A DNA stretch of 64,000 bases from Azolla caroliniana. Its lineage: Eukaryota; Plantae; Polypodiophyta. Made by a program: the position numbers and the translations under genes. The stretch spans positions 1,922,001-1,986,000 of the forward strand of contig JBHGNT010000014.1 of the NCBI GenBank assembly GCA_043228905.1, in the 5' to 3' direction. The notes beneath the pieces are model-generated. The model saw nothing but the letters and a program-made list of their open reading frames with translations, was not told the origin of the DNA and did not search any database. Positions 59,559 through 64,000 of this stretch are shown piece after piece (the stretch's first letter is position 1; each line of letters begins with the position of its first letter).

Positions 59559-62200
59559 TTGAATTTGTGTTCATTTGCATGTAACAAGAGGTACAATATT
59601 GACAAGATAGATGAAATATGAAAAGAAGAAAGCATTTTGGGGTTTAGTAACATATTCCACTAAGTGAAATAAGGTAGAATTGCTTCCATTACTTTCCTAA
59701 ACCCTAAACCCTAATGTAGAACTATTTCCATTACTTTCCTTTGGTGTAATGAATTACTGTTTTTCTGAAACATCATTTGAACCTTAGGTGTAATGGTGGT
59801 TTGATTTGAAACATATTTCATTATTATAGTAAGTTGGTTTTGGATTTGTATTTTTGTTGCAAACTATATAATCTAAGGAAAAGGTGCACCAGAAAGAAAT
59901 GTTGTATTGCCAATATTTTGTGTGATTGATATGTAGCACATATATTGATTGATAAGCTTCACATATTGAATCAATCATATATTAATCTCTTCCTCGTTGA
60001 TGGGAGGAATACATTAATATACATGCAAGAATCAATTGCTAGTTGCTAAAATCCCAAAACCCTAAAAAAGAAAGAAGTTGAAAAAAAAGAAAACCTAAAT
60101 GATGGAGAATTATCGTATTCCATAGCATGGACCAAGGATACTCTTTAGCACAGGCCTTGAGATCTCGTTGCCATGGTATACAAAACCTTGCTTGGTGAGG
60201 AATATTTATCTTACATGGAGAATTTTAATTTACCCATCAATCAATTCTAGCTAGTATTGATATTTGTGATTTGAAATGTTCTCCAACGAAGGAGATTGGA
60301 TACTATATTTGTTCTCTGGCTCGGGTAAATTATTATAACTTTGTTTGCTATGCCTTTAGAAATCAATATAGTTTATGTTTATCTAAAGTAATCTTCATTT
60401 AAAAATGTTAATAGGTACTACATTTGCATTTACATTGAAGCTATTTAGGACTATAGTTGAACTAGAAAAGGATGATGAGCAAGTGGGTTTCATTAACATG
60501 AGGATTAGAGCCTTAACATTTTCAACCTATTCCTCCATCAACCTATTGATTTTGATGATGAGCTATTAGAGGACCCAACCATTGCTAGCCTCTGTGGAGT
60601 AGATACTACTGCACAAATCTTGGAGGAGAGTTCTCAAAAGGAAGAAGAGGAGAGCAGTGTGCATACCTTGATAACTATGTGATTTGTTCTAATGAAATAT
60701 TAATGTTCAAGTCTAGGTTTAATAGTTTTGATTGACTGTTTATGAATATTGTCTACATTTTTGGAGTTGTGAATTTATGGATGTTGATGAGCACTAAATT
60801 CATAGATGTTGATGACACTAAGGATTAGAGGGTTACCTCTTATATGTAAAACATTTTCGTTAACAATAGATGTTGCTTCCACTTTTGGAACTGACATCTC
60901 CTCAAGATGGTGAAACCATTAATCTTAAATTGTGCTTTGAGTTAACCATTGTGATTTTTTTAAAGTTAACTACATTTCATATTTGCAAACCATCAACGTT
61001 TAAACATTTCTCGAAAAACTATTCAATTTTAGAAATGATCATTTTGACACTTGTTAAATCTCAAAAAATAATCAAATTTTATATGCTATTTAAAACATGT
61101 GATACTAGTGTATCAAGTTTCTAAAAATTGCCTAAAATCGCAAGATTATAAAAGGAATCTACAAGTGGAATGCGCGATCCTTCCACTTGTGAACGCGAAC
61201 GTGTTACAATAAGAAATCAACTTGCTTCCTTTATTAAGTATCGTTAAACACACATTATAAATGCTTCCTTTATTAAGTATCAGTAAGTATCGTTCTATTG
61301 GGGGAGAGAGATTAATGAAAGTGCTTTAGTCTAAATGTTAAGGTGAAGGGCTACAAAAAGACACAAAGTGTGGACTTTATAGGTTTTTACAATTCCTCGA
61401 ATCTTTTTACACTAGAGTGACGACAAAGTAGTATACTCTTAATACTTTGTCGCTTGCCCTGTTTTCCTAGCATGTTCAATTGTATTCTTGGTACCAATGT
61501 CAAAGTAATAGCCATTCAAGATTGTGGGCCAACACGAATCATATAATAGGCACTTAATATCTCCAAGGTGCACAACTTCCTGCACCTTTAGGTGAGGGAA
61601 AGCGGGGAACAAGATGATTGTGATTGTTATGATGAAGAGGAGGGTGAAGGAGGAGACAATGACGACGTTGGTGACGATAAACAAGAGAAGGATGCCGATG
61701 ATAGTGATGGTGATGGTAACTGTCTGGATTGAAATTGCTTCCTTCTCATTCTCTTCATCAACAACCAATCAACAACATACATATCAATTAAGCTTTCTCA
61801 AATTTAAAGTGAATATAATCATGGAATTATTTAGATAATACCTTTTTCTTACGAATGTTGAACAATTATAGATAAACACCTTGAGTAGTCTCATGTTGAA
61901 CAATTATAGATAACCAACTTGTCAAATTCAAAGTGAAATCTAACAGTTTGTTGCCCACGATTCTAAAACTTTATTAATGTCCAAAATGTGTGATATATAA
62001 ACCAATGTTTGAGTTAATATAGTGTGTTGATTTTGAAGGTATTTTTACTTGGTGCCAACCCATATGTATATACATATTTGTTTATGATTGGAAAAATAAA
62101 TTGAATAATGTTCTATGAACCTAAGGTAACTACACTAGGTATTGAAATTAACAACTCTATGATTATGTACCACCACTTCATTTTATACCCACTCTAGGTT

Positions 62201-64000
62201 TTAGTGTTGACCAACGCCAGTAGCCAAACCAAAGCCATAGGGAAAGAGTGCATCATAATTTTCATCACCCACGTTCATAGGCAACTGATCCACACTCTTG
62301 AACCAAGTTCGAGGAGATTTCCCTTGGAAATCGTAGTCTCCAAATAACACGTCGACAACCCCTTGTCCCTCTGTCCCAGGCAACCAAGCAGCCACTAGGG
62401 CATTCATCACCTCCAAATATGGTTGAACTACCAAGGGTCTTCCTGAGATCAATACTACAACACATGGAACCTTGCCACACACATTTTGAATCGTATTAAT
62501 CCCGTCTTGAGGGAGAGTCAAGTTGGTGTTGTCCCCATTGTACTCTGCATAGGTTACCTCCCCCACAATCACTATTGCATATGATATGGAGGTGGCATTA
62601 ATGCTTGCCACGAAACCAGAGTCTGGAGATGCTTCGTACACCACTTGTGTGGATGGGCTCACAGAATTCTTGATACCCTCTAGAATAGTTGTACCTAACC
62701 AAATCCAAATGACATGAAGTTTAGCACATGAATAACCGATGAAATGTACATATCAATGCCAATTTGATGTAAATATATTATGTTTAATCTCATGCCAACC
62801 CGATTCAAATATCTTATGCTTAATCATATCCCAATAATGACGTAATTAATCTCGATAAAAATATGCAATTATTTGTATTATAGAATTGTTTTAACTATTT
62901 AAATATTTACAATCAAATATTAATGCCAAGATGATGTAAATATATTGAGTAGTTTCCCATTACCAATTGTTGTACTTCCACTACTTCCTTGCCAACTTAT
63001 GGTCCACCCTCCACATTGCAAACCTATATCATCTGCATGAGTGCCAACCACAAGAACCTTTGGGGCAACCTTGCTTAAAGGCAACATAGGGTTGCCTTCA
63101 AAGTTCAAGCCATTCTTCAAGAGAACCAATGATTTCCTCACTGCTTCCCTTGCTATGTCCCTGTGCTCTGGACTTCCCACCATGCTCAATAAGCTTCTGT
63201 CTGACATGGGTTTCTCGAAAAGACCTGCGGCAAACTTCACACGAAGTATCCGGCGCACCGCATCATCGATCCGACTTTGGTTGATTTGGCCAGTGCTCAC
63301 TTGGCTAGTGACAAGGTTGATGAATTCTTGATAGTTATATGGAACCATGATCTTTATCATAAACCAAAGGAGAATAAAAAAACTCATAGATTTATTGTGA
63401 GATCATTATATAGTATACCTCACACTTGAAATTTGTTATCATTCTTGAACCCATTAGATATTTGATATTGACATCATCGTATTATGAAGCTCTTGTTTCA
63501 ACATCATACTAGCCAACTATGAGGCTCATAATTAATTTTCAAAATGATATGGCACACTTACCATGTCCAAACCGGCATTAATTGCCACATTCACGCTATA
63601 ACTGTAGTTTGCATGCGGTGGACTTGTTATCCGATCTAAAGCTTCCCAATCCGATATGGTGAAACCCTATCCATTCACAAACAACATACTTTGGTCAAAA
63701 TGTACTTGGCTCACCTCCATATATGACAACTACAGTACTAAAAAATATTGAAACACAATAAGGCTATTTGAATTTACCTGGAAACCCATTTGCTCCTTTA
63801 ACACCGTGGTTATCAAGTACTCATTAGCACTCATCTTTATGCCGTTCCAACTAGAGTAGGAAATCATGACTGTGGAGACGCTGTTGGCAATTGCGGCATA
63901 GTAAGGAGCAATGTGGATATTTTGGAGCTCTTCATAAGATACCATTGTATTATTCTCATCAATGCCTTTGGTTGTACCCCCATCACCCGCATAATGCTTA
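62201..64000 (-). CDS. Glycoside hydrolase family 3 beta-glucosidase / beta-D-glucan exohydrolase, 3' part; exons >64000-63778, 63666-63562, 63351-62964, 62694-62201
   Basis: [26 protein letters not shown] (nucleophile), [49 protein letters not shown]; GT-AG borders in phase. Confidence 0.95.

Noticed and set aside
59900-61210. Possible DNA transposase 3' remnant
   Set aside because: No continuous reading frame or defined termini.

Overview
Eukaryotic (land plant) nuclear DNA. The PPR and retroelement styles suggest a fern or other seed-free plant, which is inference only. The first ~36.4 kb is a nest of dead transposons with a 100-N gap at 20770-20869. It holds several Ty1/copia elements of two lineages (an iMet-primed family and a Tnt1/Tork-like family), two Ty3/gypsy remnants, a near-complete L1-like LINE ORF2, solo LTRs, a hAT-type MITE, and a 3.07-kb non-autonomous LTR element; many insertions can be ordered by their target-site duplications (TSDs). 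The rest is genic: a CID7-like PAM2/CUE/DUF1771/Smr gene (+), a CFM2-like chloroplast CRM-domain splicing factor (-), an intronless PLS-E PPR gene (-), a decayed DNA transposon with an Ulp1 fragment, and the 3' part of a GH3 beta-glucosidase (-). The most unusual item is the LTR element at 15122-18193, which has no polypurine tract but carries a tRNA-Arg-type primer site next to both LTRs in opposite orientation. All coordinates and mismatch counts were read by eye; no database searches were run.
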